A DNA stretch of 63,384 nucleotides, the filler included, from Octopus bimaculoides (lineage: Eukaryota): NCBI RefSeq assembly GCF_001194135.2. It is 6 parts of 5 records of this genome, joined end to end, with 100 filler letters (N's around TTAATTAATTAA, not from the genome) between each part and the next. Parts side by side here need not be neighbours in the genome. Positions count along the whole stretch, not along the records: positions 12,198 to 42,040 come from NC_068984.1; 5 more parts are not named here. One strand, 5' to 3'. Position numbers and translations under genes: made by a program. Within the stretch, counting starts at the first letter, position 1, and each line of letters starts with the position of its first letter. Positions 24,411 through 36,859 of this stretch are shown here, one piece after another. The notes under the pieces are model-generated. The model saw only the letters and a program-made list of their open reading frames with translations. It ran no database searches and was not told the origin of the DNA.

Positions 24411-25489
24411 TCTTTGACTAATATCCCTAGTTTAGTCTTATTTAAATGAACACCTTCTAACTGTACTGAACTTTTTTTTCAAGACCATTTTTGAACTTAC
24501 ATTTTGAGGCACCGATTCATGAATCTGAACAATAACGGTGGCATTTTAGCTCAGAGCATAAAGGCGGACGAAATGCCGCTAAGCATCTTGCGCGACGTGC
24601 TAACGGATTCTGCCAGCTCACCACATTTATCTATCTTTAATATGCATAAATTTCACTCTCCAAACACTAAACTTTATTTCATGACTACTATCAATTTCAG
24701 TACAAATATGAACTTGAGTTATCATAAGTTGATATATGTAGCAGTAATTGTTGCAGGCACTAAAGCGATATAGCGGATTACACTTAACTTATCTGAAAAC
24801 TGTACACTTAAATTATCTAAAATTTTCCTGCATACTAAAACAACATCCAATATCTCTCAACAAAGTCCGAGAGATTGTGTAAATGTCGTTACAGGTGGAC
24901 CTTTCTTGTAGTAAATTTCTAGCTGACTGAGCTAGAGATACATATTCACGAGCGCGAACCATTAAAGCCATCTTGTGTAACCTCCCATTTTAATGAATAT
25001 AAGCGTTTGTTGAGTCTTCTCTCTTACAGTTCGATTTGTCTCCAATAACCAGCACTCCCCATGTGACTTCCATAGCCTAACAACAACTAGCAACTTGCGG
25101 ATGCACCTCCATTCATTGCCTCGTATTTCACGTACTCATTTGCAAGTTTTCCATCAGCTGTCATTCTGTGTTAATTACGCCATAGCACTCCTTTGACAAC
25201 GAATTTTATAATTAAACATTTGGAACAATGCTGGTGTGCAATTTTAAGTATGCCATGCATTCTTTCGTAAGAACTGCATACCAGTTGATTTTATTGCTAA
25301 TCCTATTGCTCCACTTTTCCCCTCTACCTTGCATTCTTTTTCCTTCGACTCATTGGCTACTTAACTATCCCACCTTATTTCCGGTTGAGGCGACCTTCCC
25401 ACAAACTAATACTTTTATTGCTAACTTGATTTTCATTTCTTCTTTTTTTTCGACTGGTAATTTTTTTTCTTTTTCGACTGGTCATTCCT

Positions 25490-25870
25490 ACTGTGACCAG
25501 TACATCCATGTATCGCATCTTCAGGCATGTTCTACCTTGTATATGACCTCTATACTAACTGCACCAGCACAGCGCAAGGCCTCTACATCAGGAATACGAT
25601 CCTGCCATCTGATATGCAAGGTTGGACGCAGATGACGAAGTTGGACCTTGAGATGTACCCGCGATAGAGGGCCGTGCATTCTGTGGCGTAGAGGAGACAA
25701 GGACCACTGCGGCACGGTACACCTTTATCTTCGTGCTGCGGGCGGTGTCATAGCAGCTCCACAGACTGTTTTCGAGAGAGCCAAAAGCCTTTGTGGTAGA
25801 GTGTATTCGCCTCTCAACTTGTCAGGTCAGACGAGTAAGTACAAGCCACTGCGCTGCCGAGATAGCTAAA
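25490..25870 (-). mobile_element. RTE (BovB-like) LINE fragment
   Basis: Hand translation YLGS...KAFGSLENSLW...TKIKVYRAAVV..LLYATE, and ORF LRHLRPTLHIRWQDRIPDVEALRCAGAVSIE. Confidence 0.8.
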
Positions 25871-26429
25871 GGCCCTGGTGCACCTCAGAAGCTGTACGTG
25901 TACTGTCACTGGGTTAGGCTTTCTCTCAATGTAATGTGTCTGTGCGCGCGCGTAGGTCTGTGTTTTTCTGTCTTTGTGTGTGAGAGGTGCCTATTTACTT
26001 TAGAGATGTCACTGTAAATATATAAAGATAACAACAGAGATTAAAGACAATTGAGGAACGAAATAAATTATGAGACAAGGAGTGGAGTTAACGAGCAAGG
26101 GTGACTAAGATAAAGGTTGCGTGATAGAAGAAAAAGTGATAAACGATTAGAAACTGCTGGAAAAACTTAATTGTCATATAACATTTTATCGGCGTGGCGG
26201 TATCCGATTTTAGAACTTAGCGAAGCAAGCGACGAATGCCACTCCAATATTCCTGCAATCGGATGATTGGGGATGGGGAGAGGGTCAAACTACCAACTCC
26301 ATCCCCACTTGCCCCAACTGATAGGATTTGGTTGCGTTATTTTGGGGAAATTTTCGTTAAACTGGACAAAATAAAAGAATATTTTTCTCCCATTTTATAT
26401 ATCATATCAGTCTGTGTATAGAGTTACAT

Positions 26430-26590
26430 ATATACATATGTGTGTATACATACATACATGCATACATGCATACATACATACATACATACATACATACACA
26501 CACACACATACATACATACATACATTCATACATACATACATACATACATACATTCATACATACATACATACATACATACATACATACATA
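26430..26590. repeat. (TACA)n microsatellite
   Basis: Directly visible. Confidence 0.95.
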
Positions 26591-26599
26591 CAGCCTTGA

Positions 26600-27260
26600 C
26601 CTAGTTATACAACATTCTCAAAGGATGTAAGGGTTGAAGTTTGATCAGGATAAATGTTGTTATATGGTTGTGAAAAGGGGGAAAACTATAAACCAGACTA
26701 GTAACATCTCCATCAATGATTTGACTGTTTCCCCTGTATCTGACGAGAAATGTTACAGGTACCTAGAGGTGGATGAAAACATATCTTACAATGGCACCTG
26801 TAATAAAACACGTGACACTAAAGAATATTACAGCCGAATAAAGAAAATTTAGATCTCAGAACTCTCTGCATTCAATAAACCAGTAGCCCACAATGTGTTT
26901 GCAGTGCCAGTACTCATATCGACATTTGGGCTGCTTGATTGGACGCTTGATGAGATCCGAGCCATTGATGTGAAAACCCCCAAAATACTAACAAGTACAC
27001 ACAATTTCCACATAAACAGTGACGTAGACCGCCTCTACCTAAAACGTAAACAAGGCGGCAGAGGCTTAACATCGCATCGTATCCCTTCGGCAATATCTTT
27101 TAACCACCAAGCGTCGAAGAGCATCCCATGACCAAGTTTGCATAAATGAAGCTGATAACATCATAAGACTTGGAAGGCAGCTCCTTGAGCAACACTCTCT
27201 GTCTGATAACCTAGAATACATGCCCAAAGAAGTCGCACGACTCTACCGTAACAATGGAGG
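26600..27260 (+). mobile_element. R4/Dong-clade non-LTR retrotransposon fragment (RT C-terminal region)
   Basis: KFDQDKCCY...YRYLEV...SELSAFNK...FAVPVLISTFGLLDWTLDEIRAIDVKTPKILT..FHINSDVDRLYLKRKQGGRGL. Confidence 0.8.
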
Positions 27261-27575
27261 CGAATCATCATATAAAAACGTATGACAAAACAGAATCAAA
27301 ATGTGTTAATTATCTCACCGCACCTCATATGTTTTTTTTTTTTTTTTTNNNNNNNNNNTTTTTTTTTCTGTTTCCGACCTTAAATTCCCACACAGCCGTA
27401 ATCTATATCATCTGAAACGCATTAGAATATTTATTTAAAAAATATCCAGTTTTCAGAAAGTTATGAATAAATAAATCGAGATGTGTGAATTATCCGAAAC
27501 TTTTCTCCGCCCTTCCGAAAAAAACTCTCCTACAACTGATTCCGATTATAATTCTCTAATCGACACCATGTAAAA

Positions 27576-27916
27576 CGTTGCTTCTCAACCAGGATCCATA
27601 TGACCTATGAGGGTCCATATATGATTTTTTTGTTTTTTGGCAGGGGATCCACGCGAGCAAAATAGTAAATTGGGGATTCACATTGGGGTTCTAAGGGTCC
27701 ATGAAGAAAAATTTGCTTTAAATGTATTTATTGCAAGAAACAGCTAGGTTTCTGACTACTGAAAAATATTCTTTCAGAGAGTTCTTTTGCAAACACACAC
27801 AAGTAAACATATGAAAAATAAATTAGGAATTTTGAAAGAAAATTCGGTGTTTAAAAACTCCTACGCAAAGGTAAAAGTGCTGAAATAGCCTCCATCAATC
27901 ACGTTGAGAAGGCCCT
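27576..27916. mobile_element. Degenerate hAT (Charlie-like) MITE
   Basis: 9-bp inverted core CTTCTCAAC...GTTGAGAAG near both ends, resembling CAGTGGTTCTCAACC termini, with internal GGGTCCA(T/C) repeats. Confidence 0.45.
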
Positions 27917-27974
27917 CAAAGAAATTTTAATAGATGTTTGCCAGCATTGAGGTCCTCTTTAAAAGTGAAGACAC

Positions 27975-28330
27975 GCAGTGTCATCCCGGTAAACTGAGGA
28001 GTGGGTCCTGTGTCCTACCAACCTCTCAAAGAGAACGACTAGAATTAGGATAAATGGCGTGCCACCGGGCGTAAACGTTTGGCGGATTGTCGCCTGTGTG
28101 GTACAGGACCCAGAGTCACTCCTGAAGGTAACAAGGAGCAGCAGGGAGAACCGGTGCGGAATCAATTTGGAAATATTAATCCATGTAAAACCAGGAAATA
28201 TCGAGAAGATCCCGAACCTGATCCAGCTGTCCAACGGGTGGAACTGCGTGTCGTCGTGGAAGGCAAGAAGCCCAGATGCGACATCGGTGGGGTCACAAGC
28301 TACCTGGGAGCCTTCTGCCCAAAAAAGTTG
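27975..28330 (+). mobile_element. L1/Tx1-clade ORF1 (gag-like) fragment
   Basis: RIRINGVPPGVNVWRIVAC...IEKIPNLIQL / LRVVVEGKKPRCDIGGVTSYLGAFCP, a degenerate CCHC knuckle. Confidence 0.65.
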
Positions 28331-28809
28331 GGAGATACGCAGTCATATCTGCAGCCTACCTCCTACTCCCAACAACAGCAACAGCAACAACGGAGACCTT
28401 TTAATAAAGCGGTAGCCTCATCTCCAACAATAACATAGGCACGCGAACCTCATAGAATAGAGAAAATCGCCCAGAATATTTGTCAAACCATCCCCTATCA
28501 CCCCCTATCTCAAGAATACACTAACACAAACATGCTCACACTATTACAGACACACTCACACTCACACTCTCCGAGACAGATCCTACAGGACACCTCATCC
28601 CGTAGTGAAAACGAGGAAGAACCTGAAAACACAGCAACCCCCAGTACATCGAACATAGGACACGACACAAACAACACCAGCACCACCAGCACCACAACCA
28701 CCACTATCCCAAACAAATCCACCAATGCACTCACAACCACACGTAGCCTCCAAAAGAAAACTCAATTACCAATACGGAAACACAGAGTTACGTGCTCGTG
28801 TTGTCACGT

Positions 28810-29140
28810 GTAGGACGGATCTGGTTATCAGCCGAGTCCATTGTTAGGATCGCCTCGCTGCCTTCTTTGGCCGGGAGGGAAAGGCAGTTTTCCTTTGCCC
28901 GGTGGCTATAGCGAAAGAGGTAGTGTGGTGGACGAGGCCGAAAGGACTGAAGACAGACACTTTCCTCGTCAGTCGAGTCCTCATCGACTTTTTAAAGTTC
29001 CACTTGAAAAGGTAAGTGAGGTTAGAGAGGGAAGTACTGCCCCGCTCCCAGTAATTTTGTTGAAAGGTGGGTGAATGATGTGGAAATGGCTCGTGTGAAT
29101 GAGCCTACTTTGAATAGTCGTCTGTAAGCCGGAGCAGTTG
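28810..29140 (+). mobile_element. L1/Tx1-clade ORF2 C-terminal fragment
   Basis: Hand translation AIAKEVVWWTRPKGLKTDTFL...LIDFFKFHLKR*VRLEREVL, homologous to the fragment at 33350-33500. Confidence 0.7.
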
Positions 29141-29489
29141 AGGGAAAGATGGGTGCCTACCTAGCATGCCCTTGGCAGTCGGGGTGACCATGATGTGTGA
29201 GGTGCCCATACAGCCACGCTTGCGCCTATCTGGAAAAATTTCATTAAAAATAAAAATGCATTTTTCAGAACGCTATAAAGAAACAAAGTCAACAGTGGGT
29301 ATGCATTTATAATTATGTCCAAATTATAAGGTTCGCAAGAAATATTTGAAAGAGTGTACGTATTTAATAAATACTATTTATATTAATTTAGAGCAAAGAA
29401 ATAATCTTGGTTCATTGTACATGATGCAGACGTACCCTAGTTATGTCAAACACTGACGCCTTGTTTTCATGCACACTATGTGGTGGTGA

Positions 29490-29905
29490 AGGTGGTGAGC
29501 TGGCAGATGCTTAGCGGTATTTCGTCTGCCGTTACGTTCTGAGTTCAAATTCCGCCGAGGTCGACTTTGCCTTTCATGCTTTCGGGTTCGATTAAATAAG
29601 TACCAGTTACGCACTGGGTCGATATAATCGACTTAATCCGTTTGTCTGTCCTTGTTTGTCCCCTCTGTGTGTAGCCCCTCTTGTGGGCAGTAAAGAAGTG
29701 AGAAACGTTAGCACGCCGGACGAAATGCTTAGCGGTATTTCGTCCGTCTCTATGCTCTGAGTTCAAATTCCGCCGAGGTCGACTTTGCCTTTCATCCTTT
29801 TCGGAGTCGATAAATTAAGTACCAGTTACGTACTGAGTCGATCTAATCGATTGGCCCCCACTCCAAAAATTTCGGGCCTTGTACCTAGAGCAGGAAAGAT
29901 TATTG
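29490..29905 (+). mobile_element. Two tandem copies of SINE family B
   Basis: GAAATGCTTAGCGGTATTTCGTC...GAGTTCAAATTCCGCCGAGGTCGACTTTGCCTTTCAT...AAGTACCAGTTACG occurs twice (~29500 and ~29710). Confidence 0.9.
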
Positions 29906-30369
29906 GTGGTGGTGGGGGTAAATAGATTTTTTTTTCTCCCTTTTTTCTTCATTTTACATCGTATAACGAACAATTTCATAAAAATAGCTCAACTAAAAAT
30001 GTTGCAAGAACTTTCTCATTGGCTGAGAAAAGGGAAATCCTGCTGACTACCGGTTTCTTTTAACTTAAACGCCTGAGATATAGTTAAGAGAGAGAAAGAG
30101 GGGAGAAGGAGACAGACAGACAGACAGACAGACAGACTAGTTGGTACGTTGAATCGAAGTATTTTAGTCTTGGGTCAGTCTTAACCGAGAAGAATTACTG
30201 TACATACATAGTCGGTCAAAATCTGGCTGGAATTCCAGCCGTGACCATCCAAGATTTTTATAGACATTGTATATCTAGGACTACATTAGTCAATGTGTCC
30301 TTGATAATACACACACACACACACATAAAGGAGCTAATAATATAAACTGGAGTGTAGACAAAACAGACG

Positions 30370-30883
30370 GTTGAGAGACAGACAGAGACAGAGAGAAGGG
30401 AGGGGATAGAGAAGGGAGAGAGGGAGGGAGGGAGAGGGGGAGAGAAGGGAGAGGGGGAGGGAAGAGAGAGGGAGGAGGAGAATATAAAGGAATGAAATAA
30501 TTAGAAAATATTTGTAAGACAAAAATGAATGACGGAAAGTTTGTCCTTCCTTTTGACAGGTCTGTGAGGAAAACCTGGTCAAAGACCATGCTGGAGCACT
30601 GCTTATGGGGACTTGAACAGACGTAAGGGTGGTGGCGAAAAGCCTGGGCTACGAGTGTTGCGACAAAAAATAAATTAAAAAGAAAGAAGAATGGGAAAAA
30701 ACAGAAAAGAGAAAGAGAAAAAAGAGTGACAAACTGAGAAAGAGAGAGAGAGAGAGAGAAAATCTGACAGAGTGAAAAAGAAAGGAGGAAAGAAAGTGAG
30801 AAAGTGGGAAAGAAAAAGTGAGAAAGAAAGAAAGAAAGAAAAAGGAAGGAAGAAAGAAAGAAAGAAGGAAAGAAAGAAAGGAA

Positions 30884-30973
<90 letters not shown>

Positions 30974-31210
30974 AAAGCAGAGAGAAACAAACTGGCAGAG
31001 TGAGAGAATGAGAAAGGAAGACAGATAAAGAGTAACAGATTGACAGAGTGAGAGAGTCAGACAGAGAGTGATAAACTGATAGAGTGTGTGAGAGAGCGAG
31101 CGAGAGAGAGAGAACGAGCGAGAGAGAGAGGGGGGGAGATGGAGAAAAAAACAATACAAGGGAAATGACAGATGGGAGAGAAGTGAGGCGGGAAAGACAG
31201 AGGTAGGGGA
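30370..31210. repeat. Purine-rich (AG)n/(GAAA)n low-complexity tract
   Basis: Directly visible. It is the source of the FLSF and KKER ORFs. Confidence 0.95.
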
Positions 31211-31816
31211 AGACATGAAAGGAATAGTAACGAAGCACTTCATGTCGTCTGTCAGCCGTGGAAGCACAAGTGTATCACAAGTGAAACAACTACAAAATCA
31301 CGAGTAGTCGCTAAGTGACTCCAGTGATAGTTTGTATAGCTGCAGTAGTAGATTGCTGTGCGTGTTAGGTACAGTGCGGCCGAATGGTTAAGAAGTGCCA
31401 TAAGGTTCCGGTATCGATTCCGCTGAGTGATACCTTAGGCAAGTGTTATTTTCTATAGCTTCAGGTCGATCCCCAAGCTTGTGAGTAAATACTAGGTTGA
31501 TGAAAACTGTGTAGATGGATTGTTCCTGTAATTCAAAGGGTCAGTCTTGTTACACCACGTCACGTTGATTCAGCCTGAAAAGTACATTAAGGACAAACGT
31601 GTAGTGGTATACACAGCCACTTATACGCTAATTGAGTGATCTTGCCTGTTTAAGTAGGTCGGGGCCGAAAATTTTGACCGAAATCCGTTCTGTGTTTTTT
31701 TTTTCAAATTATTTATATCCGCGTTTAGTCCCACAGCGTGGTAATTTGGGCTATAACCTCGGGCCGGCCAAAGTCTTGTGAGTGGATTTGGTAGACGGAA
31801 ACTGAATAGAGGTTCA

Positions 31817-31851
<35 letters not shown>

Positions 31852-32262
31852 NNNNNNNNNNNNNNNNNNNNNNNNNNNNNNNNNNNNNNNNNNNNNNNNN
31901 NNNNNNNNNNNNNNNNNNNNNNNNNNNNNNNNNNNNNNNNNNNNNNNNNNNNNNNNNNNNNNNNNNNNNNNNNNNNNNNNNNNNNNNNNNNNNNNNNNNN
32001 NNNNNNNNNNNNNNNNNNNNNNNNNNNNNNNNNNNNNNNNNNNNNNNNNNNNNNNNNNNNNNNNNNNNNNNNNNNNNNNNNNNNNNNNNNNNNNNNNNNN
32101 NNNNNNNNNNNNNNNNNNNNNNNNNNNNNNNNNNNNNNNNNNNNNNNNNNNNNNNNNNNNNNNNNNNNNNNNNNNNNNNNNNNNNNNNNNNNNNNNNNNN
32201 NNNNNNNNNNNNNNNNNNNNNNNNNNNNNNNNNNNNNNNNNNNNNNNNNNNNNNNNNNNNNN

Positions 32263-32472
32263 TACAGGCACAACAGAAACAGGAAGAAAGAGTGAGAGAA
32301 AGTTGTGGTGAAAGAGTACAGCAGGGTTCGCCACCATCCCCTGCCGGAGCCTCGTGGAGCTTTAGGTGTTTTCGCTCAATAAACACTTACAACGCCCGGT
32401 CTGGGAATCGAAACTGTGATGTTGTATGACCGCGAGTCCGCTGCCCTAACCACTGGGCCATTGCGCCTCCAC
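32263..32472 (-). mobile_element. tRNA-derived SINE (family D)
   Basis: The minus strand reads TGGAGGCGCAATGGCCCAGTGGTTAGGGCAGCGGACTCGCGG...GTTTCGATTCCCAGACC (A and B boxes). Confidence 0.85.
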
Positions 32473-33009
32473 AATAGAATATGTAACAGGCTTTAAAAAA
32501 TACTGAGGTCGATTCGTTCGACTAAAATTCTTCAAGGTTGTGCTCCTGCATGTCAGCGGTCTAATGACTGAAACAAGTAAAAGCAGCAACTATTCTTCTA
32601 ATCTTTTTATTAACCGGCAGATTTATTCCAACCCCCTGAAGAATTTCAAATTTTCACCAGATCGTTTTCAGATTTTCAACATTAATGACGAAAAGCGAAT
32701 TCATTTTTTATTCTTTCCCCAATAAATTAATAATCCTTTCTACTGTATGCACAATGCCTGAAATTTGGGGGAGGGGACTAGTCAATTAAATCGACCCTAG
32801 TATATCACTGGTACTTAATTTATCAACCCTCCGAAGGATGAACGGCAAAGTTGAACACGAGGGAATTTGAACGCAGAACTTAAAATAACATGACTTTGAA
32901 TGTTTGTATTCGATTGGCCACACAGTTATTCGATTGGCTAAAATTACATAATTTTAAATGCTTGTAACTTCTTTATTGCTAATTTCTAGAAAAAAAAATG
33001 AAAGCGATT

Positions 33010-33790
33010 TTCGTCATCAGCACGGTCAACTTGCCGGCCTGTACCGGAGAACAATCGGGCCAGGGCCTATGGACAATTTCCGGAAGTCCCTGGCACGGCA
33101 GTGTTACCAAGGAGCCTTACCTGACCGGTATAAACTCTACAAGCATGGTTCTTCATCCACGCCAACTTGTTTAAGATGCGGGTAGGACAGTGAAACTGTT
33201 CTGCACGCAATTGTACAGTGTCCGAAGATTTCGGAACTATGGGTTTATGTCGAACAACTGCTGTCACGATAAGGAGGAGTACAACTGTCATTGAAGTCTA
33301 TAATTAAGATTGTTTCGCCGTCTTCTCTGAACAAGGAAGAGCAGGCTTGTTTCCTCTGTGTAGTAGCTACTGCGAAGGAGGTTGTTTGGAAGATGGGAGT
33401 GAAAGGGATCGTGATGGGCATCTTTATCTCCAGTTTAGGTTAGTTAATTTTTTTCTTTTTCACCTGAAAAGGAAAATAAGGCTGGAGAGGAGACGCTTGC
33501 CACACGGGGTGTTCGGAAAAAGATGGAAGACTGCAGCAAATTTGTTGAGAGTAAATGTTTGAGCGAGAGCATAAAGGATTCACCATGTATTCAGGGTTGG
33601 AATGTGGTTTGTGAGGTCGGCCATGTCCCTCACTCCATTTTTGTTAATTCATTCGATTTTCATATACTTTTATTATTAATTTTTAATTATGTATACCGTC
33701 ATGTTGCTGTTTCATTCGTTTCCCGACCCCTTGTCTGTCCTTGTGTTGTCTCCTCTTTATGCGTCCTACACGTATAATTAACAATAAAGT
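33010..33790 (+). mobile_element. L1/Tx1-clade LINE 3' end (C-terminal zinc finger, 3' UTR)
   Basis: GALPDRYKLYKHG..PTCLRCG*.SETVLHAIVQCP...AKEVVWKM...FFLFHLKRKIRLERR. The 3' UTR ends TTGTCTGTCCTTGTGTTGTCTCCTC...AATAAAG. Confidence 0.85.
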
Positions 33791-34103
33791 TTAAAAACGG
33801 CTATTTGAAGCTTGAAACCCATACCAATGTCATTCACTGTAAACATCATTATTTTTTTCAAATATAATATAATATATATATATATATATATANNNNNNNN
33901 NNNNNNNNNNNNNNNNNNNNNNNNNNNNNNNNNNNNNNNNNNNNNNNNNNNNNNNNNNNNNNNNNNNNNNNNNNNNAAGGGAGGTAACTATTGATCGTTA
34001 TTATTGTGGACAGGGGAGATAATTCAATTCTATATTCAAGAGATGAGGAATTATGTACATTATTTACATTTGACGGATATTTGTCCTCATTTTGTTTGCT
34101 TTT

Positions 34104-34149
34104 AACACAACGTTTTGGCTGATATACCCTCCAGCCTTCATCAGGTATC
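34104..34149 (-). ncRNA. Minimal type I hammerhead ribozyme motif (Penelope-type), G12A variant
   Basis: GATAC-CTGATGA-A-GGCTG[GAGGGTATAT]CAGCC-AAAA-CGTT-GTGTT. Stems I and II pair and stem III is the palindrome AACGTT. GAAA is changed to AAAA. Confidence 0.75.
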
Positions 34150-34191
34150 TTGGGGAAATTTCTCATTCCTAGGTATTTTTCGATGTTGCTG

Positions 34192-34194
<3 letters not shown>

Positions 34195-34256
<62 letters not shown>

Positions 34257-34460
34257 GCCATTGCACAGCTTTTAACGCTGGAGATGTATTACAGTGTCAG
34301 CTGTTCACCACCAGTGAACTAAGGTAACACCTCTTATTTTTCGAGCACCTTCCGGAGTATTCGTGTGTTTACAAGCAGTGCTGTTTTCTGCAATTGCTCC
34401 ACCCTTATTGCAGCTCATATTTATTCCACGTAGTTCTCGAGATTTTTGTTAAACTCAATA
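34195..34460 (-). mobile_element. R4/Dong-like retrotransposon 3' end with (AAT)n tail
   Basis: Hand translation QKTALLVNTRILRKVLEK*, a short UTR, then about 20 AAT units (34195-34256). Confidence 0.75.
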
Positions 34461-34519
34461 TGGAAATCAATACTCAGCAAGAGCACCAAAATATGATTTT
34501 ACAAAAGCAACATACCTAG

Positions 34520-34950
34520 TATCCTCCTCTACGGATGCGAATGTTGGAAAACAACCAAAAGTATTGAAAAGAAATTGGAGGTGTTTCAAAATAAATGTTT
34601 ACGAAAAATTTTGAAGGTCGAATATGATCTCGAATAGCCAACTACACACCAAGGCTAACGTGAAACCAATAAGAGAAACTATTGAAAGAAAGAGGTGGAA
34701 ATGGCTGGGTCGAGTTTGTCGCTATAAACCGTACTCAATTCTCAGGATCGCTTTGCAATGGGTTCCACAAGGTAAAAGAAGACGTGACCGACCAAAGGAA
34801 ACGTGGCGGAAAACAATATCAAAAGATTTTAAAAGCAGAGGGTTAACAATGGAACAAGCTGTCAAGGACGCTTTCATTGCGCCTTGTGCCTCCATTGGCA
34901 CAAGGCGCAATGACAACCGATTTAATGAATGAATGAATGAATGAATGACA
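34520..34950 (+). mobile_element. RTE-clade LINE 3' end with (GAAT)n tail
   Basis: LLYGCECWKTTKSIEKKLEVFQNKCLRKIL...KRWKWLGRVCR...ALQWVPQGKRRRDRPKETWRKTI, then AATGAATGAATG. Confidence 0.85.
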
Positions 34951-36859
34951 TGAATGAGCACACTCCCCACATCTTTTGTTTTCTGTTTCTTTCTCACAAA
35001 GTCAATGTGATTATTTTTATTTCCTTTATATTTTCTTTCCTTTCTTTTGTGTTTTATCACTGCTTTTCCTCTCTTATCATCTTTCATTTTCTGTATGTCC
35101 TCATTATGTCTTTCGCGTATGTAATAATTTCATGCCTTTTTTTTTTGTCTTAGTTTTTTACTTGTTTCCAGTACACGACTGCGGCCGTGCTAGAGCACCA
35201 CTTTGAAGGATTTAGTCGAACAAATTAACCCCAGAGCTTATTTTTTTACAGCCTGCTACTTATTCTGTCGATGTCTTTTGCTGAACCGCTAAGTTAAGGA
35301 GACGTAAGAAACCGGTGTCGGTTGTCAAGTGGAGGTGGACAACAAGCACACACATAAAGACACACACACATAGGTTTATACATACATACATACATACATA
35401 CATACATACATACATACATACATNNNNNNNNNNNNNNNNNNNNNNNNNNNNNNNNNNNNNNNNNNNNNNNNNNNNNNNNNNNNNNNNNNNNNNNNNNNNN
35501 NNNNNNNNNNNNNNNNNNNNNNNNNNNNNNNNNNNNNNNNNNNNNNNNNNNNNNNNNNNNNNNNNNNNNNNNNNNNNNNNNNNNNNNNNNNNNNNNNNNN
35601 NNNNNNNNNNNNNNNNNNNNNNNNNNNNNNNNNNNNNNNNNNNNNNNNNNNNNNNNNNNNNNNNNNNNNNNNNNNNNNNNNNNNNNNNNNNNNNNNNNNN
35701 NNNNNNNNNNNNNNNNNNNNNNNNNNNNNNNNNNNNNNNNNNNNNNNNNNNNNNNNNNNNNNNNNNNNNNNNNNNNNNNNNNNNNNNNNNNNNNNNNNNN
35801 NNNNNNNNNNNNNNNNNNNNNNNNNNNNNNNNNNNNNNNNNNNNNNNNNNNNNNNNNNNNNNNNNNNNNNNNNNNNNNNNNNNNNNNNNNNNNNNNNNNN
35901 NNNNNNNNNNNNNNNNNNNNNNNNNNNNNNNNNNNNNNNNNNNNNNNNNNNNNNNNNNNNNNNNNNNNNNNNNNNNNNNNNNNNNNNNNNNNNNNNNNNN
36001 NNNNNNNNNNNNNNNNNNNNNNNNNNNNNNNNNNNNNNNNNNNNNNNNNNNNNNNNNNNNNNNNNNNNNNNNNNNNNNNNNNNNNNNNNNNNNNNNNNNN
36101 NNNNNNNNNNNNNNNNNNNNNNNNNNNNNNNNNNNNNNNNNNNNNNNNNNNNNNNNNNNNNNNNNNNNNNNNNNNNNNNNNNNNNNNNNNNNNNNNNNNN
36201 NNNNNNNNNNNNNNNNNNNNNNNNNNNNNNNNNNNNNNNNNNNNNNNNNNNNNNNNNNNNNNNNNNNNNNNNNNNNNNNNNNNNNNNNNNNNNNNNNNNN
36301 NNNNNNNNNNNNNNNNNNNNNNNNNNNNNNNNNNNNNNNNNNNNNNNNNNNNNNNNNNNNNNNNNNNNNNNNNNNNNNNNNNNNNNNNNNNNNNNNNNNN
36401 NNNTATAGATTTAATCAAAAGATTAAATGTGGTACTTAAAATGTTTGAGGCACCAGAATTTGGTAGGGTAAAAATCAAAAACCAAATCAAGAGATTTGGT
36501 GAATAAAATTTGAAGAAAAGCAACAAAAATTCAATAGGTTATAGCAGTACGTACGTTTCGTACAAACTTCATTTATTCATGTAGTGAGAACACTACATAA
36601 AATGTGTAATGAAAATGTACTCCTCAGCTGCATAATGGAATTTTATTTTAGTAAGTCATTTTGTAGATGTGTGCAAAAAACGAGTAAGAGAAGAAAAAAT
36701 GTCATCTTGACTGGGCTGCTATTCAACAGTCTAATGAATCAAACAAGAATTTAATTTCTATATAATCTAATTAGATGGATAGTAGTAATTTCAATTTAGA
36801 GGAAGGTAAATTAAGTAGTGATAAACAGTAGGTTAGGGGTAAATCAAGTATGAGGGAAA

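Noticed and set aside
30290-31267. 325-aa FLSF-repeat ORF and reciprocal KKER ORFs
   Set aside because: Translation of a (GAAA)n/(AG)n tract.
35294-36526. Long ORFs spanning N runs (also 17886, 19834, 31621, 40037, 43230, 55526)
   Set aside because: Their length comes from untranslatable N gaps.
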